The notes beneath the pieces were generated by a model. The model worked only from the letters and a program-made list of their open reading frames with translations. It was not told the DNA's origin and did no database searches. This document shows positions 19,356 through 29,344 of a stretch of 64,000 nt of DNA, piece by piece. Position 1 is the first letter of the stretch, and every line of letters begins with the position of its first letter. The stretch lies in sequence record DRR378314_1779, one strand, 5' to 3'. Both the position numbers and the translations under genes were made by a program.

Positions 19356-21760
19356 AGCGATGCTCCGTTGTGGTTCAGGTGATCGACAATATCTTTCGCC
19401 AGATTCGACGAAAAGAGCTTGTCAGAATTGCTAAAAATAACGACACCGTTGCGACTTGCGGGGTCGAACTCTACATAAGCAAGAAAATCACCGTTATTTC
19501 CTGAGTGATAATATTTTAGTCGTCCATCAACTTGTTTGGCAGCAAAGCCTAAAGTTCGGTGAAGCTTTCCTTTTTCATGAGGAACATCTGTCTGAAGCTC
19601 GAGTAATTCTTCAACAACCTTCTGCTTTTCAGTCGTGTCAGGCACTAAAATATCTGTGATAAATTTGGCGTAGTCGCCAGCCGTGGTTATTAGGCTGTAT
19701 GAGGCACCAAAATTGTGGTCATGCTTATCGTTATCGGTGGGTTTTCCATTGCGGTGTCCAAACGCCTTTTGTTCGGGTATGCGTTCATCCCAGACATACT
19801 TCATGAAGCCTGCGTCAATTTCATTCGCTATTTGTTCGTCAATTAAGGCCTGCAACTCACTATCATCAACGTTCAGTTGCTTCTGCAGAACCCGCCTTAA
19901 ATATTCATAACCTTCGCTCGAGTATTGAAAGCTCGTTCCTGGCTTAAACAAAAGTGCCAGCTTACCGCTGGTGTCAGATCGCCAGTTAGGTAGCCCGGAT
20001 GTGTGAGTTAACACCATCCGGGCGGTGATTAACTTATGCCATTCATTATCAGTAAGATCGGGGTGTGGTAAATAGGTATAAAGCGGTTGGTCTAGTTCAA
20101 TTACGCCTTTATCAGCCTGAAGCAACGTAAAGTAAGCAAAAAGCGGCTTGGATAAAGAAGCTGCTTCAAATAGCGTTTGCGATGTAATTTCAGCGCCTGT
20201 ATCCGAGTTAGCCACACCAAACCCCTGGTTAAAAACTATCTCTCCGTTCTGAATGACTGAAACGGCGAGGCCCTCAACTTTTGTTGCATCCATGCTCTTT
20301 TCAATAAAGTCTGTCAGTGTTTGTTGTCTCGGTTGGTCATAGTTGTAGCCACTTTCGAGAGTAACCCGAACCCAATTGACCTCGCCTGTTTTGCTGGGTA
20401 AAAACTCAAACGTTGTATTTGAAGCTGGATCGATAAATTTATAGTCGCTGACAGCAACGAGCGGGGTGGTGCCACTTTTAACATTCAAGGCTAAATGCAA
20501 CTGATTGCCCTTAACAATAAAAGCGTGCTGTACCTCATTGCCCGATGGTTTACCAAATGTCCCGACTAACCTGGGCAGCTGCTTAGAATCAATGTCGTAT
20601 CGTTGGTAAACTTTGGGTTGAATGGGTTCCCAGCCATACTGCTGTGCGACAGTTCTGGCGATAGCGGCCATCAAGTTAAAGCCGTTATCACTATTGGTCA
20701 TAATAACCAGCGCTTGCCGGTTCTGTACTGAGCCAACCATGTAGCTTGTGAAGCCTGGAATACTGCCCCAGTGGTCAAAGATGATATCCTCTGAGCCGTC
20801 TACATAGTGCTTCTTAAATCCAAGCCGAATTGGATTACGGGCGAACATTTCTGCCGCCATTTCCTGTGAGATCAACCGGTTCTTATTGGAGTGGTAATCA
20901 TCAATAAGCGTCATGGTAAAAGTGGCTAAGTCAGTAGGTGTTGTCCATACACCGCCTGCTCCTTTGAAGGGAAAAAGCTGGTAGGGGTATGGAGTCACGT
21001 TTTCGTTATAGCCGGTTGCACGATGAGCCATAAGCTTTTCAGGAATAGGCTGTTTGAAAGAACTACTTTCCATGTGCAGAGGGGCAAATATCCGATTTCG
21101 CACTGCAGTTTCGAAGCTTGTTTCTGTCACATCTTCAATAAGCTGCTGAATTATCGTATAGCCAGGGTTGGAATACTGATACTTCTCGCCAGGCGCTGTA
21201 AAAAGCGTAATTTCAGGGCCGGTAAATGGCGATTCTCCGTCGAGCATCTGAGTCACCGTAGGCGTTTTTTCACCTACCGCGTAAGGTGCCGGAACGTGGT
21301 TACTGATACCGGCGCGGTGACCGATAAGATGCCGAAGCGTGACCTTTTGAGTTTCGGTGAACTCATTAGCCGGGAGCTGCCACGAGGTCAAATAACGATT
21401 GATATCGTCATCAAGACTCACTTTACCCGCTTCGACCAACTGCATTGCAGTGACTGCTGTTAAAGGTTTACTGAGTGAGGCGCCGGCGAATACAGTTTGT
21501 GTTGTGATGGGGGAGAGCTTATTTAAGTCTGCATAGCCATAGGTTCGTTGCCAGGCTATGTTGCCTTTATCAATAAACGTCATACTGACACCGGGTATAT
21601 TATCTCGCAGCATGACTTCTGCAATTGACTCTGTTTTCAACTGCCCTTCCAAAAACTGGTTGGGTAATAATTCGCTTTCAATAGACTGGACGGTTTGCGC
21701 AGATGCCGTATTGGCAATACTCCCAAGAAAAAGCAGGGTAATAACGGTAAATTTGTTCAT
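19352..21760 (-). CDS. Secreted serine hydrolase with two tandem beta-lactamase-fold domains
   Basis: Signal peptide; domain 1 has ASLSK/YSN/HWG and domain 2 has ASLSK/YSS/HSG. Confidence 0.88.
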   Translation of the reverse strand: MNKFTVITLLFLGSIANTASAQTVQSIESELLPNQFLEGQLKTESIAEVMLRDNIPGVSMTFIDKGNIAWQRTYGYADLNKLSPITTQTVFAGASLSKPLTAVTAMQLVEAGKVSLDDDINRYLTSWQLPANEFTETQKVTLRHLIGHRAGISNHVPAPYAVGEKTPTVTQMLDGESPFTGPEITLFTAPGEKYQYSNPGYTIIQQLIEDVTETSFETAVRNRIFAPLHMESSSFKQPIPEKLMAHRATGYNENVTPYPYQLFPFKGAGGVWTTPTDLATFTMTLIDDYHSNKNRLISQEMAAEMFARNPIRLGFKKHYVDGSEDIIFDHWGSIPGFTSYMVGSVQNRQALVIMTNSDNGFNLMAAIARTVAQQYGWEPIQPKVYQRYDIDSKQLPRLVGTFGKPSGNEVQHAFIVKGNQLHLALNVKSGTTPLVAVSDYKFIDPASNTTFEFLPSKTGEVNWVRVTLESGYNYDQPRQQTLTDFIEKSMDATKVEGLAVSVIQNGEIVFNQGFGVANSDTGAEITSQTLFEAASLSKPLFAYFTLLQADKGVIELDQPLYTYLPHPDLTDNEWHKLITARMVLTHTSGLPNWRSDTSGKLALLFKPGTSFQYSSEGYEYLRRVLQKQLNVDDSELQALIDEQIANEIDAGFMKYVWDERIPEQKAFGHRNGKPTDNDKHDHNFGASYSLITTAGDYAKFITDILVPDTTEKQKVVEELLELQTDVPHEKGKLHRTLGFAAKQVDGRLKYYHSGNNGDFLAYVEFDPASRNGVVIFSNSDKLFSSNLAKDIVDHLNHNGASL

Positions 21761-21791
21761 GATGCATTTCTTATTGTTAGTTTTACTAAAT

Positions 21792-23069
21792 TTAATCTAC
21801 CCGCACCATTGTGAATGCTTGCTCACCAAAGCTTAGTATTGCCTCAGGTTTATTGTCTGCATCTTCAAACGAAATAGTGACAGGTACATCGGCTAACTCA
21901 AACGTTCTACTATCAATCGCATAAAGCGGTGTTTTGCGGACAGTTTTCCCTTCGGGGGTGAGTTCATGATAAATGAGGCGGTTATCGGCAATGCTTAAAG
22001 TAATATGATTGCCGTTGTCATCTTCCTTTAGTCGGTAGTTACCCACATACAGCGAAAGTGCTTCTTCGGTTAACTGTTGGTGGGGAAGGTGCTCAAAGGT
22101 TGGTAAGTCCATGCCCGGATCAATTAAGTGAAGTGCAATATCCTGAAGCGCATCGTCAGATGATGAGTTGCTAAGTAAGACGACGCCAACGTCATTATTT
22201 GGGCGAAAGGCAATAAATGCTTGATGACCATTGCCGTCTCCACCATGATAAAAAGCTTCAAAACTCTGATTTTGGTAATGTTTCCATCCCAAATGCTCTG
22301 ACTGTTTCATCTCATTTTTCAAAAAGCTCATTAAGTCTTTCGCGGTTGAGTATAGACCGCCGGCACCGTACGCAACTTCCGGTATATTTGCCGAAGATTC
22401 GATGGGTGTAGTGGTTTGATGTCGAGCCGCAATAATCTTTTCGTTGGGCTCATAGCCTGTGCTGGCTAATTGGAGCGGGGTTATCACCTCTTTCGTCAGC
22501 TCATATTTAAGGCTTGAGTCAGAGGCTTTGGCTAGTGATACGCCGAGGATGGCCATGCCAACGCTTGAATACGAATAATCGGCAGGTAGACTTGTGTTGT
22601 TGCGTAAGAGTTCATCGGTCAGCTTATCTACGCTGTTTTCAGCGATGGTTTCTTGAGGCAAATCTCTTGGCAGTGCTGCGGTGTGACTAGCCAAGTGAAT
22701 AAGACGCGTATCGCTATTATCGTTAACTGTCGACCAAATTTCAGAGACTAACGTCTGTTGAGTTACAACCCCTTTTCTTTCTAGTACCTCTAGCAGTTCT
22801 GTGGTGAAGAGTTTGGTCAAAGAACCAATTGCAAACTGTGACTGTTCTGATAACACATCTTCTCCACCGGCTCGCTTTACGCCGTAGCTGTAAAAGTAGG
22901 TGCCATTGGGGTTTAGCAAACCAATGACGACCCCTGGACGATGCTGGTTATCTACCGCTGCACGAACGCTTTCTTTTACATCCGGAGGAATGTCGCTGAG
23001 CTTAGCTGTCTCGTAGTCCTGACATGCTGTTAATAAAAAGCACGCTAATAATAATGAGAGCTGTTTCAT
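21792..23069 (-). CDS. Beta-lactamase-fold serine hydrolase lipoprotein with a C-terminal accessory domain
   Basis: Lipobox LTAC; GSLTK, YSS and HGG; C-terminal YVGNY segment as in DUF3471-like tails. Confidence 0.85.
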   Translation of the reverse strand: MKQLSLLLACFLLTACQDYETAKLSDIPPDVKESVRAAVDNQHRPGVVIGLLNPNGTYFYSYGVKRAGGEDVLSEQSQFAIGSLTKLFTTELLEVLERKGVVTQQTLVSEIWSTVNDNSDTRLIHLASHTAALPRDLPQETIAENSVDKLTDELLRNNTSLPADYSYSSVGMAILGVSLAKASDSSLKYELTKEVITPLQLASTGYEPNEKIIAARHQTTTPIESSANIPEVAYGAGGLYSTAKDLMSFLKNEMKQSEHLGWKHYQNQSFEAFYHGGDGNGHQAFIAFRPNNDVGVVLLSNSSSDDALQDIALHLIDPGMDLPTFEHLPHQQLTEEALSLYVGNYRLKEDDNGNHITLSIADNRLIYHELTPEGKTVRKTPLYAIDSRTFELADVPVTISFEDADNKPEAILSFGEQAFTMVRVD

Positions 23070-23278
23070 GATTCATCCTCTTTGTATTCGAGTAAATCGC
23101 CCGGCTGGCATTCCAGCACCTCACACAACTTCTCTAAGGTATTAAAGCGGATACCACGAACGTGACTATTTTTTAAGAGCGACAGGTTGGTTTGTGAAAT
23201 ACCAATTTCATCGGCCAGATCTTTCATCTTCATTTTCCGACGAGCCATCATCACATCCAGGTTTACAATAATTGGCAT
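23066..23278 (-). CDS. Cro/CI-type HTH regulator (YozG-like)
   Basis: MPIIVNLDVMMARRKM...LSLLKN...IRFNTLEKLCEVLECQPGDLLEY. Start ATG 23278 overlaps the upstream stop (TAATG). Confidence 0.92.
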   Translation of the reverse strand: MPIIVNLDVMMARRKMKMKDLADEIGISQTNLSLLKNSHVRGIRFNTLEKLCEVLECQPGDLLEYKEDES

Positions 23279-23913
23279 TAGATAATCTCGTCGTTTTCGG
23301 TTTGTAAGGACAGTCCCAAAGCGAAGGCTTTTGAGATAGCTAAAAGAAATAAACCAGCGATAACCAAACCCCAATAAAACGAAGGAAGGATAGATAACAC
23401 TGGGGTATCAGGCGGTGAAACTTTTATATGGGTAACGTAAAAGTCGGCGATATCGGTCGCGTTGGGCATGAAAAGGTAAAAGCGAACAATGACTTCGATG
23501 TAGAACAGTACTGCGAGAGCGATAAACGAGGTGCCTACTTTCTTCAGCAGCTTGGGCGTTGAGACTTTAAAGGGCCTGTCCGTTCGCAAGTCACTCACGA
23601 ACTGTCGTAAGCCGAATAAGGAATAACTAATTAGTCCGCCAATCAATAAAATTGTGAGTGCGCGACTAATTGCGAACCCAAATCCTGATGTCTGAATATA
23701 TAATGTGCCTTGATTTCTCTCTATTCCCCATTTTCCTTCGGGAAGAACATCCTGATAAGACGTCCCGGAGTTAGCAAGTTCAATTTGCCAAGTTGTCAGT
23801 AAATGTTCGTCAAAAGCCGGTAAAGCTATCGCGACAAGGGCTAGGCTTATGGTTGCAAACACGGTAACAACGAGAGCGAAATTAATTAGTCGATGAAAAT
23901 TAGTTGCTGTCAT
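23278..23913 (-). CDS. DUF2975-like membrane protein
   Basis: About 4 TM helices, a PF motif after TM2 and C-terminal F..G..LQTENDEII; coupled to a YozG-like HTH as is typical for DUF2975. Confidence 0.85.
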   Translation of the reverse strand: MTATNFHRLINFALVVTVFATISLALVAIALPAFDEHLLTTWQIELANSGTSYQDVLPEGKWGIERNQGTLYIQTSGFGFAISRALTILLIGGLISYSLFGLRQFVSDLRTDRPFKVSTPKLLKKVGTSFIALAVLFYIEVIVRFYLFMPNATDIADFYVTHIKVSPPDTPVLSILPSFYWGLVIAGLFLLAISKAFALGLSLQTENDEII

Positions 23914-24046
23914 AACACGTTTTAAATTCTGGTTGATGGATGAAAATTAAACTATAAATTAATCTTTTGCAATAATAATTTTACGTAAAACGTAATTAAA
24001 AAGTGTAAGAGGTCGTTGATCGGAGTGAAAACATGAGGTGGTAGCG

Positions 24047-24083
24047 TTGTGGCTTAGCTTCCTGAGCTAAGCCACAAGCTTTT
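24047..24083 (+). terminator. Strong hairpin with a T-run on the + strand
   Basis: TTGTGGCTTAGCT-TCCTG-AGCTAAGCCACAA, a perfect 13-bp stem followed by GCTTTT. Confidence 0.55.
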
Positions 24084-24155
24084 GTGCAAGAATTTCCCGT
24101 TAGAACTGTCTGAGACTTTTACTTGCAATGCCCCAAGGCATATTGTCCTGTTTTT

Positions 24156-27089
24156 CTACAGCGACCCTAAAAATGCCAGTAGTGCTTGCCGATCGTCGCT
24201 GTTGAGGTTGATAAAGCGGTTCTTAATCACTTCGGCTTCGCCACCGTGCCAGACGATGGCTTCGGTGAGAGTGCGGGCGCGACCGTCGTGCAGATAACCG
24301 GTAGGCGTGCCAGCGGCAACGTATTGAGTGTAACCGATGCCCCATAACGCCGGTGTGCGCCACATTTGCCCATTGGCCAGGCCTTCGACGAAGTTATCAG
24401 CTAGTCCTTCCCCCATATCGTGTAACAGCATGTCGGTATACGGGCGAATGGTTTGGTCGCGGACTTCGGCAAACTTAGAGCGGTTACTGGTTTGTACTTC
24501 GTCCAGGTGGCAAGCGTTGCAGCGAATTTCTTTAAATACTTGTTCGCCTTGTGCGATCTTTTCTGGCTCGATGTCGAGATAGGCAAGTGGCGATACACCC
24601 TGAGGAAAGCCACTGCTCATGCTGCGTTGGGCGGGTACCGCTAGTAACTGCAAGTAGTCCGTCATCAACTGCAAGGCATCATCTGGCAACCCTGTTTCAG
24701 TGCTGCTGGCGGCATCGCAATATTGGGGCCCGGCTAAGCAGGTGCGGTTGGGGTAAATTGAAGAGGTCATCGACATATCCAGTAAAGCCGCGTTCGCAAC
24801 CTGATGACGCAGACTGACTTTTCCTGCCTTCCAGCCATAGCGACCTAAACGCACATCGCCTGTCTCTGGGTCATAGGCATAATTGGCGGTTCCGAGGACA
24901 CCATCAACATCCGGCGTGCTGCGCACTCTATCTAAAATAGTTTCATCAGAGATGGCCTCCAGCAGTCCCATGCCTATCAACGGTTGTGCTGAACGCAGCG
25001 AGTAAGAGGCGGGGACGGGGCCTTCAAAGGCTATAACGGGTTCACGCAATTCCACCACAGTGCCATCGGCAAGGGTGATTTTACTGTTATTAAAGTCGCT
25101 AACATAAGCGGCATTTCCCCAGTTTTCAGTGGCTCCGGTGGTGGTCGAGCGTGCATTCATTTGCAAGCTTTGACCATAAATTGGATGAGGTAAATACTGA
25201 CCGTTTGCCGGCTCGTCTTCCGCCCCTACGCGCACCACCATGGTGTCTAGCCGTTGGTTAACAACCACTGGCGCGACGCTGCGGCCATTGTTGATGTGAC
25301 AACTGACACAAGTTGACTGGTTAAAATGTTGGCCTTGTAACCTGCGTCCGTCATCATTACGGTCGTTGCCGGTTTCGTTATGCTCGCCGTTCCAGAGGTT
25401 GGTATGTAACCAGCGTCGGCCCTCCATAAAACGCTGAATATTTTGCATGCCGATGGTGTTGTGAGGTTGCTGAAAGATAAAGCTCGAGTTATCGGCGTAA
25501 TCGTATGATACCGATCCTAAACCGCCTTGCAGAACGCGTTTAGGTAGTGGCTTGTTCATTAACCGTGGTTGTACACCGTACCAGGGGCGTAAGCCTTCAC
25601 CTATCACGTAAGTCAGCTCGTTAGTATAATAACGGACTGCGCCGTCGTCGCCGATCGCATCCATAGCTTCGCGCGTGGAGAAGAACGAGCTGGTGAACTC
25701 GATGATGTCGCCTTTCTTTAATGGCCTGGCAGAAACGTTGGTGCCGTTGGGAACAAGCACGCCATCGGTGTTAGCTCTGAGTTGGCGATGCGAGGGGTAG
25801 GTGTCGAACACCACGCTGCAGCCGTCGTTAGCCCCTATAATATCGTTATATCCGCTATCTGGATTTAGTAGTTTATCGTTGGCTGGCTTGGGCACTACCG
25901 GGCAAGGAGCGCCGTCGCTTAAGTAGGTTGAGTCGTCCAACAAATCGCCCGGACTCATCCAGCCAAAGCCGGTGACATTCGGGTCATCGAAGCGACGAAC
26001 AAAGGCGTGACCTCCACCTTTTTGAGCCTGCTGAAAGTACTGGTTGACGATAATGCGTGGCTCTTTAACGCCAGCGACGTTGCTGTTGTCGATAAACTCA
26101 ACGCCCCAGGTGCGGTTTTTAAAATAATTGGCAACAAAATTTAAATGCGCCCCGGGCCCTTTATCGACCGGGTTGCCTTGACTGTCGATAGTATCGTTGC
26201 GCCCGAAACCATATTCGTTCCATTCTTCACCACGCTCCCGCGCGTGACGCGACCTGCCGACCATACCAAAACGCGTTACTAACGTGCCATCGGCCAGAGT
26301 GAAGCTTATACTCTCTATTGGTTTGGCTGGCGCAGATAAAGGGGTGCGGCCGCTGCCGTCCAACGGATAGGCTACGTAAGATGTGTCCATTGTTGGCATA
26401 GAATTATCGCGGCCGGGGCTCTTGAATTCGGCCTCAAATAGCGAGTAACCGTATTGAGTGTGTCGTCGCACACCTTGCACACGGATGTAGCGAACATGCA
26501 CATTGAGATTGTAAAAAGCTTCTGTATCACCTTTGCCGGCAGTGATATAACGTAGCTGATACCAATTTTCTGCGTCGTCCGAAACATAGATAGCGTATTC
26601 GTCAGCGTATGCGTTCTCCCAATAAAGTTTCATATAACCGATAGCGGTCTTCGAGCCAAACTCGAACTGTATCCATGCATCATCGGGATCACTGATATTC
26701 TCTCCCCAGGCACTTTCCCAGCGACTATTAAAGTCCCCGTCAACGGCTTTATCGGCTGTATTATTGTTGTTCTCGTCACCGGATGAACTTGCAACAACAC
26801 CGACAATGGTCTCTGCTAGCTGGCTTTTATCATAGCTATCCGCTAAACGGAGCGCCTCTGGAGGGGCGGGTAATATGGGTGCGTCCGGCGAAGGCAGTGG
26901 GCTGATGTCGGTATTTGGCGCTGGCTCAAAATCTGGTTCGGGTAAGTCTTCGGTGGGTGGTGAGACGGGATCAGGTTCTGCAGGAGTACCGCTAGTTGGC
27001 GGGGGGCTGCTATTGTCGCTTGAGCTGTCGCCGCCGCAGGCCGAGATTGTTAATACCAATAGTGGGATAAATAACCAGCGCGCGGCCAT
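24156..27089 (-). CDS. Lipoprotein with an F5/8 type C (discoidin) domain and a di-heme oxidoreductase (DHOR) domain
   Basis: Lipobox ISAC; Pro-rich linker; AVDGD..SRWES/WENAYA/YGYSLFE discoidin; CVSCH and CNACH heme motifs; GMGLLEAI, GRYGWKA, PYTDMLLHDMG, WRTPALWG and LHDGRARTL. Confidence 0.88.
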   Translation of the reverse strand: MAARWLFIPLLVLTISACGGDSSSDNSSPPPTSGTPAEPDPVSPPTEDLPEPDFEPAPNTDISPLPSPDAPILPAPPEALRLADSYDKSQLAETIVGVVASSSGDENNNNTADKAVDGDFNSRWESAWGENISDPDDAWIQFEFGSKTAIGYMKLYWENAYADEYAIYVSDDAENWYQLRYITAGKGDTEAFYNLNVHVRYIRVQGVRRHTQYGYSLFEAEFKSPGRDNSMPTMDTSYVAYPLDGSGRTPLSAPAKPIESISFTLADGTLVTRFGMVGRSRHARERGEEWNEYGFGRNDTIDSQGNPVDKGPGAHLNFVANYFKNRTWGVEFIDNSNVAGVKEPRIIVNQYFQQAQKGGGHAFVRRFDDPNVTGFGWMSPGDLLDDSTYLSDGAPCPVVPKPANDKLLNPDSGYNDIIGANDGCSVVFDTYPSHRQLRANTDGVLVPNGTNVSARPLKKGDIIEFTSSFFSTREAMDAIGDDGAVRYYTNELTYVIGEGLRPWYGVQPRLMNKPLPKRVLQGGLGSVSYDYADNSSFIFQQPHNTIGMQNIQRFMEGRRWLHTNLWNGEHNETGNDRNDDGRRLQGQHFNQSTCVSCHINNGRSVAPVVVNQRLDTMVVRVGAEDEPANGQYLPHPIYGQSLQMNARSTTTGATENWGNAAYVSDFNNSKITLADGTVVELREPVIAFEGPVPASYSLRSAQPLIGMGLLEAISDETILDRVRSTPDVDGVLGTANYAYDPETGDVRLGRYGWKAGKVSLRHQVANAALLDMSMTSSIYPNRTCLAGPQYCDAASSTETGLPDDALQLMTDYLQLLAVPAQRSMSSGFPQGVSPLAYLDIEPEKIAQGEQVFKEIRCNACHLDEVQTSNRSKFAEVRDQTIRPYTDMLLHDMGEGLADNFVEGLANGQMWRTPALWGIGYTQYVAAGTPTGYLHDGRARTLTEAIVWHGGEAEVIKNRFINLNSDDRQALLAFLGSL

Positions 27090-27216
27090 GCCTTTCTCCG
27101 TTAAAAAAGATGAATATTCTTATCTTATAAAGCGACATAAATTAATGTAGCACTGCTTAAAACATATACAAGAGATACTTGTTAGATAGCGGAAAGAAAC
27201 AAATCAGCGCTAACAA

Positions 27217-29190
27217 CTAGTCCGTCTTAAACTTCCTAACTAGTGTCGATAAAGCGCTTGATTGCTGCTCCAACGACTGACTGCTATCACTGGCACGCTG
27301 CGCCACATCAGCAATGGTATCGGCGGAACCTTTAATCTCACTGACATTTCGACTAATTTCTTCCGCTACCGATTGTTGTTCCTCGGCTGCGGTCGCTATT
27401 TGTGCGTTTTGATCGCTGATGTGGGCGATAGATTGCACAATTCCCGAAAACTCACTTTGTGCCTGATCGGCTTTATCCGCGGCTTGCTGAGAACGCCCAA
27501 TATTGGCTTTCATGACGTCAACAATAGACTGAGAGGTGCTCTTGAAGTTTTCGAGTTGGTCAGATATTTGAGTGGTTGAATCTGCGGTTCGGCGCGATAA
27601 TTCCCGCACTTCGTCTGCAACGACCGCAAAGCCGCGTCCCTGCTCACCGGCGCGAGCGGCTTCAATGGCAGCGTTAAGTGCCAGTAAATTGGTCTGCTCT
27701 GAAATATCTCTAATCGTTCTAATGATAGAGACCATCGACTCACTGCCTTCCTGCAATGCCTGAAGGTTGGTTTCGGCTTGTTCAAGTGAGTTGCGCAGCT
27801 CGGCAACACTGTCATTGTTTTCCTTAATAATACGAACGCCGTTGTTCGCAGAATCCTGCGTTTCCCGGGCCAAGTCTGCTGCCCGTGAACAACTGGCGGC
27901 GACTTCGTCTGCTGCAGAAGCCATTTCATCGACGGCACTCGATGCCATTTCCAGCGACTGTTGCTGCTTTCCTGCGGAGTCGGTTATTTCTTCCGACAAT
28001 TGCTTATTAATTTCTGCGTTATCGCTGACCTGAAGAGATGCATTATTAATGTCTTTGACCAGTCGGTTAATGGACAGGAGGAACTGGTTAAAGTTGTCTG
28101 CTAGATCGCGTGTTTCGTCGTTGGTTGAAACTTCAATCCGTTGCGTCAGGTCCCCGCCGCCCTCGGCTATCTCTGACAGCTTATTCGACACGTTTACAAT
28201 AGGAGTGGATATGACTTTAGATAAGTACCAGCCAAGCAAGGTAAATAGAATAATCAGAATGGTACCGACAGCAACAATGACCCAAGTTAACTGGTTGGCG
28301 CTATTCATCACTTCACTTTCTTTCACTAAGCCAATAAATTGCCAGCCTAGTTTCTCGGAAGTGTAGGTGTTAACTAAGTAATTATCGTTGTCTATAACAA
28401 TCTGGCTGACTTGGTTTTGGTCAGACTGCTTGCTTATTTGGGCAAAGTTTCCGTCATAGACATCGTCAATATTACTGAAGTTATTGTCAGAATATTTAGG
28501 ATCAACTAAAACGGTCCCGGTGTCCTCAACAAGCATCAAATAGCCTGACTCTCCAATCTTGACGTCGGCGATGAGATCCGTCAATTGAGCTAAAGACACG
28601 TCCATGCCTTGTACTCCGACGAGCTTGCCATTTTGCTTCAAAGCTTTGACCGTTGAGACGATAACGGCGTCGTCCGCAGCCCAGTAATAGGCATCGGTTC
28701 GCACTATTTCTCCTTCTCCCTGCATGGCGGCCTCATACCAGGGGCGAGTTCTTGGGTCGTAGTTTTTGCTGAGCGGGCCCTGTGGCCACTGAATGTAGCC
28801 GCCGTTGGCTGTACCTAAGTAAAGATAGGCCAGTCTCGGATGGGTTTTAGCAAAGCGGGTATAGAAATTAAATACGGCAGCTTCCTCTTGGGACTCACTT
28901 AATGAGTCCATTTGCGTTCCTTCAGGGTTCGACAAATAGGCACGTGCATTCGGGACCGCCTGATTAATCAGTGGCTCCTGGGCGATGAAATTCAGGTTTT
29001 TTTCTATTTCACTGAACAGAATTTGAATGGCGTTATCAACTTGCTTAACTTCGCGAGATGTCGTGGTTTCAAAGTCTTCTACTGCTTGATCCCGAATTTG
29101 AAGTATCAGAATGGTCGATATAATGACGATGGGCAGAAACACTGTACTGAAGAATGACAGAGTAAGTTTTTTTGAAATATTCATAGCCAC
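27217..29190 (-). CDS. Methyl-accepting chemotaxis protein with dCache sensor
   Basis: Two TM helices, YDPRTRPWY Cache motif, HAMP domain and [31 protein letters not shown]. Confidence 0.97.
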   Translation of the reverse strand: MAMNISKKLTLSFFSTVFLPIVIISTILILQIRDQAVEDFETTTSREVKQVDNAIQILFSEIEKNLNFIAQEPLINQAVPNARAYLSNPEGTQMDSLSESQEEAAVFNFYTRFAKTHPRLAYLYLGTANGGYIQWPQGPLSKNYDPRTRPWYEAAMQGEGEIVRTDAYYWAADDAVIVSTVKALKQNGKLVGVQGMDVSLAQLTDLIADVKIGESGYLMLVEDTGTVLVDPKYSDNNFSNIDDVYDGNFAQISKQSDQNQVSQIVIDNDNYLVNTYTSEKLGWQFIGLVKESEVMNSANQLTWVIVAVGTILIILFTLLGWYLSKVISTPIVNVSNKLSEIAEGGGDLTQRIEVSTNDETRDLADNFNQFLLSINRLVKDINNASLQVSDNAEINKQLSEEITDSAGKQQQSLEMASSAVDEMASAADEVAASCSRAADLARETQDSANNGVRIIKENNDSVAELRNSLEQAETNLQALQEGSESMVSIIRTIRDISEQTNLLALNAAIEAARAGEQGRGFAVVADEVRELSRRTADSTTQISDQLENFKSTSQSIVDVMKANIGRSQQAADKADQAQSEFSGIVQSIAHISDQNAQIATAAEEQQSVAEEISRNVSEIKGSADTIADVAQRASDSSQSLEQQSSALSTLVRKFKTD

Positions 29191-29276
29191 CCTGAACCCT
29201 GTTAATATTATGTTGAGATTGATTGTAGATTAGATTTAAGTCAATCAAAATATGCGTTGGCGCCCTATACAAGTGG

Positions 29277-29303
29277 TTATCGGTTAATTTAAAGAAAAGC
29301 TGA
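29277..29303 (-). promoter_or_regulatory. Possible sigma28 (FliA) promoter of the MCP gene
   Basis: Minus strand reads TCAG-N15-ACCGATAA versus consensus TAAA-N15-GCCGATAA. Confidence 0.45.
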
Positions 29304-29344
29304 AATAAATTAGTTTTTTATTGCAGGAGTGGATGAGTGACTGG

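Noticed and set aside
18273-23069. Calling these genes beta-lactam resistance genes (ampC)
   Set aside because: The third motifs are HxG or AWG rather than the KTG of AmpC; the fold alone does not imply beta-lactamase activity.
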